64,000 nt of DNA from an uncultured delta proteobacterium (GCA_963761335.1 CAVXGR010000018.1:96001-160000); one strand, 5' to 3'; shown: positions 1-9,879, counted from the first letter of the stretch. Translations and numbers: made by a program. The notes: generated by a model not told the origin, from the letters alone.

Positions 1-2
1 AG

Positions 3-629
3 CAGTTCGCCAACTCCGACCTGCCGACGGAGGAGTGGGACTGGGGGGCGCTGCACGAGTCGGTGCTGAAGCAGTTCAACTTCCGCTTCTCGCCGCCCGA
101 GGAGGAGCGCCACGACATGCGCCCCGAGGGCCTCGAGGATCTCCTCGCCGAGCGGATGCACACCCTCTACGAAGAGAAGGAGAAGACCTTCACGCCGCCG
201 ATCCTGCGGCACCTCGAGAAGGTGGTGATGCTGCAGACGCTCGACAATCTCTGGAAGGACCACCTGCTGGCGATGGACCACCTCAAGGAGGGCATCGGCC
301 TGCGCGGCTACGGGCAGCTGAACCCGCTGCAGGAGTACAAGAAAGAGGGCTTTGAATACTTCGAGGGCATGTTCCAGAGGCTCAGCGAGGACGTCGTCGA
401 GAAGCTCTTCACCGTGCAGATCGCCCGCCCCGAGGAGCTGCAGCGAGTCCGCGAGATGGAGTTTCAGCCGCAGCGCCCGCCGCAGCAGATGGTGATGAGC
501 GGCGGCGGCCTGCCGCAGGCACAGCCGGCGCAGAAGGGCACCGTGCGCCGCGACGCCGACAAGGTGGGACGCAATGATCCGTGTCCCTGCGGCAGCGGCA
601 AGAAGTTCAAGAAGTGCCACGGTGCGTGA
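3..629 (+). CDS. secA: Preprotein translocase SecA, C-terminal part (5' truncated by window edge)
   Basis: [34 protein letters not shown] and C-terminal SEC-C motif [19 protein letters not shown]; frame open from position 3. Confidence 0.97.
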   Translation, partial: QFANSDLPTEEWDWGALHESVLKQFNFRFSPPEEERHDMRPEGLEDLLAERMHTLYEEKEKTFTPPILRHLEKVVMLQTLDNLWKDHLLAMDHLKEGIGLRGYGQLNPLQEYKKEGFEYFEGMFQRLSEDVVEKLFTVQIARPEELQRVREMEFQPQRPPQQMVMSGGGLPQAQPAQKGTVRRDADKVGRNDPCPCGSGKKFKKCHGA

Positions 630-636
630 AGAAGCA

Positions 637-668
637 GGTTGTTGGTTGTTGAGTTGTTAGGTGTTGAG
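637..668. repeat. Degenerate 8-mer tandem array (GGTTGTTG-like)
   Basis: ggttgttg gttgttga gttgttag gtgttgag; related arrays at 1508-1540 and 15649-15749. Confidence 0.6.
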
Positions 669-722
669 GGGGGGGCGAGGCTCCTGCCGAGCCAGGCTTC
701 TGAGTTCTGAGGAGGGTAGGCC

Positions 723-1514
723 ATGGCGTTCGAGGACATCCTCTACGAGGTGCGCGACGGCGTCGCCTGGATCACCATCAACCGGCCGCAGGTGCGCAAC
801 GCCTTCCGGGCGCTGACCGTCGACGAGCTGGTGGCCGCCTTCCGCGAGGCCTGGGCCGACGTGGACGTCGGCGTCGCGGTGCTCACCGGCGCCGGCGACA
901 AGGCCTTCTGCAGCGGCGGCGATCAGAAGGACCGCGGCGACAAGGGGTACGGCAAGGGGCGCAGCGGCATCGGCATGGACGTCGCCTCTCTGCACGCCGT
1001 CATCCGCAACATTCCGAAGCCGGTGATCGCCATGGTCAACGGCTACGCCATCGGCGGCGGCCACGTGCTGCACGTCCTCTGCGATCTGTCGATCGCCGCC
1101 GACACGGCCATCTTCGGGCAGACGGGTCCGCGCGTCGGCAGCGTCGACCCCGGCTTCGGCACCGCCTATCTGGCGCGCCTCGTCGGCGAGAAGAAGGCGC
1201 GCGAGATCTGGTACCTCTGCCGCCAGTACTCGGCGCCCGAGGCCCTGGCGATGGGCCTGGTGAACAAGGTGGTGCCGGCGGCCGATCTGCGCGCCGAGGT
1301 CGAGCAGTGGTGCCGCGAGCTGCTGGAGAAGAGCCCCACCGCCATCAAGCTCGCCAAGTACTCGTTCAACGCCGACACCGACCACATCCACGGCATCACC
1401 GAGATGGGCTTCAGCGCCCTCGAGCTGTATTACGGCACCGCCGAAGCCCAGGAAGGCCGCAACGCCTTCATCGAGAAGCGCCCGCCGGAGTTCCGCAAGA
1501 AGAGAAGGGGTTGA
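723..1514 (+). CDS. menB: Crotonase-family enzyme, MenB (DHNA-CoA synthase) or BadI (2-ketocyclohexanecarboxyl-CoA hydrolase) type
   Basis: [63 protein letters not shown] upstream. Symbol tentative because some motifs are BadI-like. Confidence 0.75.
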   Translation: MAFEDILYEVRDGVAWITINRPQVRNAFRALTVDELVAAFREAWADVDVGVAVLTGAGDKAFCSGGDQKDRGDKGYGKGRSGIGMDVASLHAVIRNIPKPVIAMVNGYAIGGGHVLHVLCDLSIAADTAIFGQTGPRVGSVDPGFGTAYLARLVGEKKAREIWYLCRQYSAPEALAMGLVNKVVPAADLRAEVEQWCRELLEKSPTAIKLAKYSFNADTDHIHGITEMGFSALELYYGTAEAQEGRNAFIEKRPPEFRKKRRG

Positions 1515-1540
1515 GGGGTTGGGGTGTTGAGGTGTTGGGT
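1508..1540. repeat. Degenerate 8-mer tandem array
   Basis: ggggttga ggggttgg ggtgttga ggtgttgg overlapping the crotonase stop codon. Confidence 0.6.
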
Positions 1541-1542
1541 GA

Positions 1543-1695
1543 GAAGCGGCATCTGACATCCGGAGGGTTCAGGAGTTGCTCGGACACCGCGATGTCTCCA
1601 CGGCGATGATCTGCACGCATGTGCTCGATTGCGGCGGGCACAGCGTCGGAAGTCCAGCTGATGCGCTCGGCGGCAGAGCGCGGAGCGGGCGTTGA
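1543..1695 (+). pseudogene. intI: Integron integrase (IntI) C-terminal remnant
   Basis: Manual translation [42 protein letters not shown] resembles the IntI consensus tail EAGYDIRTVQELLGHxDVSTTMIYTHVLxxGGxGVxSPLD; catalytic Tyr reads Cys (TGC); no start codon or N-terminus. Confidence 0.8.
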
Positions 1696-2181
1696 CCAGC
1701 GGGATTCGCTTCGTATCACAGTGTGGATGATGAGGCCGACAGCGGCGCAAGCCATCGAGGCGATCGAATCGCGAGCAGCCAAGGAGGCGTTGCTGAGAAT
1801 CAACGCTTGGGTCACTTCGATTTTATTCGGAGGCGGAAATCGAGTTCGTGCGGTTGCACTGACTGCCGAAGGATGAGATCGCGGAGACTACTTCGCTTTG
1901 GCACGGCTCTTCTTCTACGCGCTCGCCCAGATCTTATGCTCTCTGCTCTCGAACGAGAAAAGGGAACAGGGGAAATTTTGTTACCTTCTTGATTTGCTCT
2001 ATGCCCGGCCTCGCAACGATTTCTGTCCCGTTGCTCACGCATGACCTTCGGCGCGTTGCAGACGACGGCAATGCCCGGTCCTCCACCCTCCTGCAAGAGG
2101 CTTGTGTTTCGGTCGAATATGAAGAAGCGGTTTCAGCATGCGTCGAGTTTGGCGAGTCCGAACATGAAATAGGAGCCGATC

Positions 2182-2406
2182 GTGAGCGCTCCCGCCCCCC
2201 TCATAACGACATCGCCGGATCGCTTGAGCGGAATTCCCGTGTTCGCCGGGACACGAGTCCCGGTGCAGACACTCATCGACTACCTCGAAGCGGGGGATTC
2301 TCTGGAGGCGTTTCTTGACGACTTTCCTAGCGTCTCGCGCGAGCACGCCGTCGCGGTACTCGAAGTGGCGAAGTCCGCACTCCTCGCTAAAGCAGTGGCT
2401 GCTTGA
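2182..2406 (+). CDS. DUF433 family antitoxin
   Basis: PDRLSGIPVFAGTRVPVQTLIDYLEAGDSLEAFLDDFPSV; GGAG RBS before GTG start. Confidence 0.9.
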   Translation: MSAPAPLITTSPDRLSGIPVFAGTRVPVQTLIDYLEAGDSLEAFLDDFPSVSREHAVAVLEVAKSALLAKAVAA

Positions 2407-2421
2407 GCAAGCGATCTGGGG

Positions 2422-2743
2422 ATGCGAGTACTCCTCGATGCCTGCGTCCCGAAGGGTCTTCGCAAGAGCCTGCCGGCCCACGAGGTTCGGACCGCACCCG
2501 AAATGGGCTGGGGCGATCTCGACAACGGCGATCTCCTCGATGCAATGAACGGGCTCTTCGACGCGCTCGTCACCGTCGACAAGCGCCTCCCACAAGCAGC
2601 AGCACATCACGGACCGGGCCTTGGGAGTCGTGGTCCTGCGGGCGAAGTCGAACCGCCTGTCGGACCTTCTTCCCTTGGTCCCAGATCTTCTCGCAGCGCT
2701 CTCGACTCTTGAAATCGGCGGGGTCAAGGAGGTGGCCGGCTAA
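2422..2743 (+). pseudogene. PIN-domain toxin (DUF5615/VapC45-like), frameshifted near 2590
   Basis: MRVLLDACVP...DNGDLL...FDALVTVDK continues in the +1 frame as QQHITDRALGVVVLRAKSNRLSDLLPLVPDLLAAL...EVAG* (TAA 2741-2743). Confidence 0.75.
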
Positions 2744-2805
2744 CAATGCCGTTCCAGCCGACGGGGCGAAAGGACCGCCGCGCGGCTGACCGCTCGCGTT
2801 GAGGC
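2738..2805 (+). mobile_element. attC-like integron cassette recombination site (degenerate)
   Basis: GGCTAAC (R'', containing the toxin stop), GTTCCAGC (L''), cagccg/cggctg pairing, GCTGACC (L'), GTTGAGG (R'). Confidence 0.65.
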
Positions 2806-2944
2806 TGTAGGAAAACTGTTGCAACCCCTGTGGAATCGGGCTCATTGAGCATCGGAGCGATGCTGGAACGGCTGAGGTGATGAGGAGGGGTGGATGGCGC
2901 GGTAGGGAACGTCCGATCCGGTCCCGGAGATCAGCTGAGGCGCG

Positions 2945-3973
2945 CTACGGCTTGTCGTCCTGCGCCAGGCTGCGGGCGCCGTAGGTCTGCAGCAGCTGAT
3001 TGATGTTGGTCGTCTTGATATCCAGGCCGGAGCCGGTCACGGGCAGGAGCACGATGCGCTTGCCCTCGAGGGCCTCGGCGAGCTTGAGCTTCACCATCAC
3101 CTCGCCGCCGCTGCCGGCCAGCGCCTTGTTGAGCTCGGTGATGCCCTTGGCTTCGGCGACGCCCTCGGCCTCGGTGGCCTCGGCGATGCGCTGTTGCTTC
3201 TCGTAGTAGGCGTCGGCCTCGATCTGCGCCTGCCGGAAGCGGCCGTCGGCGTCGGCCACCATCTTGTTCACCTCGCCTTTGGCGTCCTCGAGCTTCTTCA
3301 GGTACTCCTCCTGCGCCGCCTTGGTGGCCGACTTGTTCTGCTCGGCGACCTGCTCGGCGACTTTCTTGTCCTCGATGGCCCTCTGGTAGTTGGCGTTGAA
3401 GCGGTAGTCCTTGGTGGAGACGCGCTCGACGATGACGCCGTACGGGTTGAGGGCTTCGTTCAGCGCCTTCTTCGCCTGCTCGGCCTTCTCGTCGCGCTTG
3501 TCGGAGACGTAGAACTCCTCCGTCTTGAGCTCGCCGAAGATGTAGCGCGGCAGGCTGCGGGCGATGGTGCGCACCACCTTGTCCTTGAGCTCGAAGTTGC
3601 TGCCGGCGACGTACTGCAGGATGTACGGCGCCTTCTTGGGGTCGATGCGGTAGGAGACGATGACGTCGAGGCTGATGTCGTTGCCGTCGATGGTCTTGAA
3701 CAGCAGGTCGTCGCGATAGCGCTTGTCGCCGCGCGACGGATCGTGGGTCATCTCGATGTTGACGAGCTTGGTGTCGAAGGTGTTCCAATCGTTGATCACC
3801 GCTGGAAAGAAGTACACCGCGCCGGGCTGGTAGACCTGCTCCTCGACACCCTTGTTGCCGAACAGGCTCCACTTCACGGTGCGCACGCCGACCTCGGTTG
3901 GGCAGGTGGTGTGCGGAAAGAAGAGGAAAACGCCGATGAGGAGCCCGAGGAGTGCCGCTGCCAGCGCGCGCAT
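2945..3973 (-). CDS. SPFH/band-7 (prohibitin/HflC-like) membrane protein
   Basis: N-terminal TM segment, KTIDGNDISLDVIVSYRIDP, AIEDKKVAEQ followed by an A/E-rich coiled coil. Confidence 0.85.
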   Translation of the reverse strand: MRALAAALLGLLIGVFLFFPHTTCPTEVGVRTVKWSLFGNKGVEEQVYQPGAVYFFPAVINDWNTFDTKLVNIEMTHDPSRGDKRYRDDLLFKTIDGNDISLDVIVSYRIDPKKAPYILQYVAGSNFELKDKVVRTIARSLPRYIFGELKTEEFYVSDKRDEKAEQAKKALNEALNPYGVIVERVSTKDYRFNANYQRAIEDKKVAEQVAEQNKSATKAAQEEYLKKLEDAKGEVNKMVADADGRFRQAQIEADAYYEKQQRIAEATEAEGVAEAKGITELNKALAGSGGEVMVKLKLAEALEGKRIVLLPVTGSGLDIKTTNINQLLQTYGARSLAQDDKP

Positions 3974-3982
3974 GGGCCTCTC

Positions 3983-5104
3983 CTACTTGGCGACCTGGAG
4001 CAGCTTCATGGTCTGCTCGATGTCGAGTGGGTTGACGGCATGGGGGCCGTCACTGGGCAGCACGAGGACCTCGATGCCCTTGTACACCTCCGCCATCTTG
4101 AGGCCGACCATGCGATCGGCGCCGGCGCCCTGCAGGGCCTCGTTGCGCAGCTGCGTCTTGCGGGCCTCCGCGAGCTTGACGAGGAGGTCGGCTCGGCGCG
4201 TTTGCGGCGGACGTAGAGGTCGCGCTCGGCGTCCTTGGTGGTGATGTAGGCGTGCCCCTCCTGCAGCTTGATGTTGACGGTGGCCTCTCCTTCCTGAATC
4301 GCCTTCAACAGCTTTGCCCCTTCGGTGGCGGCGCGGCCCTAGGCCTGGTTCTTGAAGAACGAGCTGGTCCTTGAGCTTCTTCTCCTCGATGTTCTTCTGA
4401 ATCTCGTCCGTGTAGCGGAAGTAGCGGATGAGCACCTGGTCGACCTTCATGCCGTACTCCGCCAGGTCGCGATTGAGCAGGTCGGAGGCCAGCTGCGCCT
4501 TCGCCGAACGCAGCGGGCTGTTGTAGAACTCCTCGGTGGTCAGCTCGCCGAGCGCCTGTTTGAGCACCGGCTCCGCCTTGGGAATGATGCCGTTGATCTC
4601 GAAGAGGCGGCCCGTGCCGAGGCGCGTGAAGACGAGGTACGGGTCGACGATGTTGTAGAGGATGCTGACGTCGACGTCGACGAAAAAGCCGTCGGACGTC
4701 TGAATGTGCGCCGCCTTGCTGACCCGCGCCTCCTGCGCCGCTTCTTCGCGGGACCCGGTCAGGTCGATCACCTGGAGATGTCTGGGAAGGAGTTACATGG
4801 GCTCGAAGTCGAAGAGCTTCAGCACCACGTGGAAGCCGGCGTCATAGACTTCTTTGTGCACGCCGCGGGCGCCGAGGATGGGCACGCGGACCACCTTGAT
4901 GCCGAACTGGGACGGTCCGACATAGGTGAGGGAGGCCCACATGAGCGCTTTCAGCGCGGCGGCGATCAGGAGAATGGGCAAGAGGATGCGGCGGGCGAAT
5001 CGGCTGCGCAGGAGGTCGCCGAGCCGCCGTCCGGGGCCCCACTGATCACCGCCCCGCTTCAGATCGATGACCCTCCCGTTGGACTCTCCGTCTCTCCCTG
5101 CCAT
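3983..5104 (-). pseudogene. Second SPFH/band-7 protein, disrupted (pseudogene or sequencing errors)
   Basis: QTSDGFFVDVDVSILYNI, IEEKKLKDQLV; in-frame TAA at 4793-4795, +1 shift near 4358, in-frame TAG near 4340, compensating -1 shift near 4192. Confidence 0.7.
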
Positions 5105-5298
5105 GTCCGCCTCCCGCACTCTCCCGGTGCCGCCACGGCGCTTTTATCACCGCGCTGCGGGTGACTTCCAGCGAAACGGATGTTCCTTTTCGCCATGCGG
5201 TCGAGGACGATCTGCGCGGCCGCTGGGGCGGAAGGGCAGCGCTCTCCAGCGCCGCTCTCATCGGGGAAAGAGGCGCGTTTTGGGCGCCAGCCCAACGG

Positions 5299-5787
5299 CT
5301 AAGGTCGGTAGGCCTTCTCCAGGGTGGCGAGGTCGAGCTTGACCATCTTCAGCATGGCGTCCGTGACCCTCTTCGAGCGCGCCGGGTCGCCGTTTCGCAT
5401 CATCTCCTCGAGGGCGGCAGGGACGATCTGCCAGCGCAGGCCGAAGCGGTCGATCAGCCAGCCGCACGCCTGCGTCTTGCCTCCTCCCTCGAGGAGCGCG
5501 TTCCAGTAGCGATCGAGCTCCGCTTGATCGTCGCACAGAACGACCATCGAGACGGCGTCGTTGAACTCGTGGTGCGGCCCGGCGCTGATCGCCTGAAAGC
5601 GCTGGCCGAAGAGGGTGAAGTCCACGACCTTCACCGAGCCTGCCGGGCCGCTGGGTGATTCGCTGAGCAGCGGCGTGACGCGATCGACGCGCGAGTCGGG
5701 GAAGATCGAGGCGTAGAACCTCGCGGCCTCCTCCGCCTCTTTTGCGTACCAGAGATGCGTGAAGATCTTCGGTCGGCTCTTCGCCAT
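5299..5787 (-). CDS. VOC/PhnB-like protein (3-demethylubiquinone-9 3-methyltransferase family domain)
   Basis: KIFTHLWY..EAEEAARFYASIF, DQAELDRYWNAL, CGWLIDRFGLRWQIVP; AAGGAG RBS. Confidence 0.88.
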   Translation of the reverse strand: MAKSRPKIFTHLWYAKEAEEAARFYASIFPDSRVDRVTPLLSESPSGPAGSVKVVDFTLFGQRFQAISAGPHHEFNDAVSMVVLCDDQAELDRYWNALLEGGGKTQACGWLIDRFGLRWQIVPAALEEMMRNGDPARSKRVTDAMLKMVKLDLATLEKAYRP

Positions 5788-5828
5788 CGGCACTTCTCCT
5801 TCTTTGAGTGAGAGCCCGGTGTCGGCCT

Positions 5829-6263
5829 CTACGACTTCCGCTGGCGGGCGATCTCGGCGGCCAACCGCTCTTCCCGTGCGCGAAGCTCCGGTGTGAGCGC
5901 CTCGCCGAAGTCCTCGGCATCGAAGACGGGGCGGATCTCGATCTCCGACTTTTCGCCGGGCATTGAGTCCGGGCAGCGCCTGACCCACTCGACCGCTTCG
6001 TCCATCGACTTCACCTGCCAGATCCAGTAGCCGGAGATGAGCTCCGTCGTTGCGGCGAAGGGGCCGTCGATGACGATCGTCTCGCCCTCGGCAAAGCGCA
6101 CGCGCTTGCCCTTGCTGCTGGGGTGGAGGCCGTCCCCAGCGAGCATGATGCCGGCATTCACGAGCTGCTCATTGAACTGCCCCATCTCGGCGAGGAGCGC
6201 CTCGCTCGGCATCACGCCCGCCTCGGAGCTCTTCGTCGCCTTCACAATGACCATGACTCGCAT
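5829..6263 (-). CDS. YciI/DGPF-domain protein
   Basis: MRVMVIVKAT..SEAG.MP, GDGLHPSSKGKRVRF, IDGPFAATTELISGYWIWQVKSMDEAVEW. Confidence 0.9.
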   Translation of the reverse strand: MRVMVIVKATKSSEAGVMPSEALLAEMGQFNEQLVNAGIMLAGDGLHPSSKGKRVRFAEGETIVIDGPFAATTELISGYWIWQVKSMDEAVEWVRRCPDSMPGEKSEIEIRPVFDAEDFGEALTPELRAREERLAAEIARQRKS

Positions 6264-6470
6264 CCTGGTTCCCCTTTCGCTTCGATCCGTTTGCAGCGCG
6301 GCCAGCTTGGCCGCCCCTCTGCCATCACGACGAAGGAGGCCGGGCCGAATCGACAGGCCGCCCGGAGAAAATGGTGTGGGGCCAGCGGGGTAGTGGCGAG
6401 GTGTTGAGGAGGGGGTGGCGGTCGGGGAGGCGGAGACCCGACAGCCGCCCCTCAACCGCTCAACCCGCCG

Positions 6471-7034
6471 TTACTTGGCGCGCGACAGATATTCTCCGGT
6501 CGCGGTGTCGACGCGGATGACCTCACCCGTCTCGATGAAGTTCGGCACCGGCACCACCAGCCCGGTCTCGGTGGTGGCGGGCTTGAGGGCGTTGGTCACG
6601 GTCGCCGACTTCAGCCCGGGCGCCGTCTCGGTCACCTTGAGATCGACGGTCTTCGGCAGCTCCACGCCCATGGGCTTGCCCTCGTAGTACTCGACGCTCA
6701 CCCGCATGTTGGGAGTGAGATACTTGGTGGCGTCGCCGAGGGTCTCGCTGTCGAGCGACATCTGCTCGTAGTTCTCGGTGTTCATGAAGTGGTAGTCGTC
6801 GCCGGAGCTGTAGAGGAACTCCATCTCGTGCTGCTCCATGGTGACCCGGTCGACCTTGTCTTCCGAGCGAAAGCGGTTCTCCGTCTGATTCCCGGTGCGC
6901 AGGTTGCGCATCTTGGTCTGCACCATGCCGCGCCAGTTGCCCGGCGTGACGTGCACGACCTGGGTCATGCGGTAGAGGTCGCCCTGATATTTGATCAGCA
7001 TCCCGTTGCGGAGCTGAGTCGCCGGGATCAGCAT
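6471..7034 (-). CDS. efp: Elongation factor P
   Basis: HVTPGNWRGMVQTKMRNLRTG, YHFMNTENYEQ, KPATTETGLVVPVPNFIETGEVIRVDTATGEYLSRA. Confidence 0.95.
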   Translation of the reverse strand: MLIPATQLRNGMLIKYQGDLYRMTQVVHVTPGNWRGMVQTKMRNLRTGNQTENRFRSEDKVDRVTMEQHEMEFLYSSGDDYHFMNTENYEQMSLDSETLGDATKYLTPNMRVSVEYYEGKPMGVELPKTVDLKVTETAPGLKSATVTNALKPATTETGLVVPVPNFIETGEVIRVDTATGEYLSRAK

Positions 7035-7117
7035 ACTTGGTGTTCCTCCATCTGTGTTGGAATTTACCGCGAAACGCTACCAGTAGCACCCGCCAAGAGG
7101 CGGGGCAAATCGTCAAA

Positions 7118-7185
7118 GTAGAGCGGGGTTCCGACGCTTCCCGAAGCGGCGAGACGCCGCTTCTACTCTGGCCGCGGGCCGGCGG
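7118..7185. repeat. GTAG-type REP doublet (REPIN-like)
   Basis: GTAG...AAGCGGCG AGA CGCCGCTT CTAC; reverse complement matches 25313-25381. Confidence 0.7.
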
Positions 7186-7340
7186 ACCTGGCACGAGGGT
7201 CGGCCTGAGCTTCTCCCGCTGGCAATGCGGGAGAAGGGGAACGCCGCTCGCAGCCAGCGGAACGATCGCGCCGCCTGCCGATCCCTCGGATCTACCCCAT
7301 TGCTCCAGACACCCGCGGGTGGTAGCCAACGGGGCGCTTC

Positions 7341-9300
7341 ATGGGGGTCTCGGAGCAGAATCCGCCGTCGGCCGAAAGTGGTCGCACCGGCGCCGCGGTG
7401 ACCAACGCCGATGGCGGTCACGCCGCGCCGTCGAACGCGCGCTGGCACACGCTCACCCTGTCGATCGCGGCGCTGGGGGTGGTCTACGGAGACATCGGCA
7501 CCAGCCCGCTCTACGCCATCCGCGAGTGCTTCTTCGGCGAGTACGGGATCGAGCCCTCACCGGCGAACATCCTCGGCGTGCTGTCGCTGATCTTCTGGGC
7601 GCTGATCATCGTCATCTCGGTCAAGTACCTGGTACTGATCCTGCGCGCCGACAACCGCGGCGAGGGGGGTATCCTCGCACTGATGGCCCTGGTGCGCCCG
7701 GAGCGGGGAGACCGCCCCGGACGCCGCTGCGATCCTTGTGGCTCTCGGGCTGTTCGGCGCCGCTCTGCTCTACGGCGACGGCGTCATCACTCCGGCGATC
7801 TCCGTCCTCAGCGCCGTCGAGGGGCTGCACGTCGCCACGCCGCTGTTCGATCCCTTCGTGCTGCCGATCACCATCGTCATCCTCGTCGGGCTGTTCTTCT
7901 TCCAGAAACGCGGCACCGGCGGGGTCGGCGCCATCTTTGGTCCGATCACCTTCTTCTGGTTCGTCATCATCGCCGTGCTCGGCGTGCGCGGCATCCTCGC
8001 CGAGCCGCGCGTGCTCGCGGCCGTGAACCCGCTGTACGCGCTGTCCTTCTTCACGCGCAACCACCTGCACGGCTTCCTGGTGATGGGCTCGGTCTTCCTG
8101 GTGGTGACCGGTGGCGAGGCGCTCTACGCCGACATGGGCCACTTCGGCCGCCGGCCGATCCGCTTGACCTGGTTCACGGTGGTCCTGCCGGCGCTCCTGC
8201 TCAACTATTTCGGACAGGGCTCGCTGCTGTTGCGGGCTCCCGAGGCGGCCCACAACCCGTTCTATCGACTCGCGCCTCCCTGGGCCCTCTACCCGATGGT
8301 GCTCCTGTCGACGGTGGCGGCGATCATCGCTTCGCAGGCGGTCATCTCCGGCGCCTTCTCGCTGACCCGGCAGGCGGTGCAGCTCGGCTACTGCCCGCGC
8401 CTCCAGATCGACCACACCTCCTCAGAGGAGATCGGCCAGATCTACATCCCGCCGGTGAACTGGATACTGATGCTGGCGACCATCTCGCTGGTCATCGGCT
8501 TTCAATCGTCGAGCAATCTGGCGGCGGCGTACGGCATGGCGGTGACCACGACCATGGTGATCACCACCATGCTCTTCTACGTCGTGGCCCGCGAGCTGTG
8601 GGGCTGGAAGCCGCTGCTGGCCGGGGCTGTCTCCGCCGGCTTCCTGGTGGTCGACGTGGCCTTCTTCGGCGCCAACCTGATCAAGATCGAGCACGGCGGC
8701 TGGTTCCCGCTGCTGGTCGCCGCCGGCGTCTTCACCCTGATGTCGACCTGGAAGCGCGGCCGGCAGATCCTCTCCGAGCGCCTGCGCCAGGTGACCCTGC
8801 CGCTCGACGCCTTTCTCTCCGACATCGAGCACAACCCGCCGCTGCGCGTTCCCGGGACCGGAGTCTTCATGACCAGCAACCCCGAGGGCGTGCCGGCGGC
8901 GCTGCTGCACAACCTGAAGCACAACAAGATCATCCACCAGCAGCTGGTGTTGCTGACGGTGGTCACCGAGGAGATCCCGCACGTAGGCCGCAAGGACCGG
9001 CTCGAAGTGGAATCGCTCGGCAACGGTTTCTACCGCCTGGTGGCGCACTACGGCTTCATGGAGGATCCGCGGATGAACGAGATCCTGCGCGTCGCCCGCC
9101 ACAAGGGGCTCGACCTGAAGCCGATGGAGACCACCTTCTTCCTCGGCCGCGAGACGCTGATCCCGTCGAAGAAGCCGGGAATGGCGATGTGGCGCGAGGA
9201 GCTCTTCTCGGTCATGTCGCGCAACGCCCAGGGTGCCACCGCCTTCTTCGGGATTCCGCCCAACCGCGTCGTCGAGCTGGGCGCGCAGATCGAGCTCTGA
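7341..9300 (+). CDS. kup: KUP/HAK/KT potassium uptake transporter, with an apparent +1 frameshift near 7700-7737
   Basis: [16 protein letters not shown] and [13 protein letters not shown] in frame 7341; [33 protein letters not shown] and TFFLGRET in frame 7738-9300. Confidence 0.9.
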
Positions 9301-9312
9301 GCGAGCGGCGTC

Positions 9313-9738
9313 CTACTGCAGATGGCGGGCGATGCCTTCGCCGGCGCGCAGGCGGGGCGAGCCGTGGTGGTGGATCAGGAACCAGGAGTCGCCGCGTCGC
9401 CCGAAGATGTTGGTGGCCTCCACTTCGGTGTTGGAGATGCCGTCGTAGCTGCGCGATTCGATGCGCTCGACACAGGTCACCCAGGCCAGATCGCCGACGA
9501 CGTGCACCGTCTCCTCGGCGATCTCGAAGGTCATGCCGAAGGTCTGCTGAAAGATCTCCTCCCAGCTCTTCATGATCGGCCCCCAGCCCTCCAGCCGCGC
9601 CCAGCCCGGATGGGTGCAGCTGATGGCGCTCTCCTTGAGCCAGACGCCCTCCATGCGCTCCAGATCGAGGCTCTCGAATGCCCGGTAGAAGGCCGAGTTG
9701 GCGGCGCTGACGGCGCCCGGGTCGTCGTTGCGGCTCAT
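9313..9738 (-). CDS. NTF2-like/SnoaL-like domain protein
   Basis: [37 protein letters not shown]...W.LIHHHGSP. Confidence 0.85.
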   Translation of the reverse strand: MSRNDDPGAVSAANSAFYRAFESLDLERMEGVWLKESAISCTHPGWARLEGWGPIMKSWEEIFQQTFGMTFEIAEETVHVVGDLAWVTCVERIESRSYDGISNTEVEATNIFGRRGDSWFLIHHHGSPRLRAGEGIARHLQ

Positions 9739-9790
9739 TTCCCGCGCATTCTCTTCCAGCTTTCGCGGCGGCGTCAAGAGAGAGAAAGTT

Positions 9791-9879
9791 TTCGGGTTGG
9801 CGAGTTCCCGAGTTGCGGGTTCAGACAACCCGACAAACCGAAAACCCGGTAACCGGGCAACCCGCCAGCTCGACAACCG
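9791..9879. repeat. Imperfect palindrome of ~9-mer units (GGTTGGCGG/AACCCGNCA-like)
   Basis: Left arm gggttggcgagttcccgagttgcgggtt, loop cagac, right arm aacccgacaaaccgaaaacccggtaaccgggcaacccgcca; related copy at 10232-10318. Confidence 0.6.

Noticed and set aside
1696..2180. Additional genes or attC sites in the low-GC stretch
   Set aside because: Only partial hints (e.g. gttgcagacgacgg near 2056); no complete attC or recognisable protein
4335..4800. Stop-codon recoding (Pyl/Sec) in the SPFH gene
   Set aside because: One stop is TAA and frameshifts co-occur; other genes use TAG as a normal stop
7190..7340. c-di-AMP (ydaO) riboswitch upstream of kup
   Set aside because: Could not see the conserved motif; hairpins here match dispersed repeat families. 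An Rfam scan would be decisive
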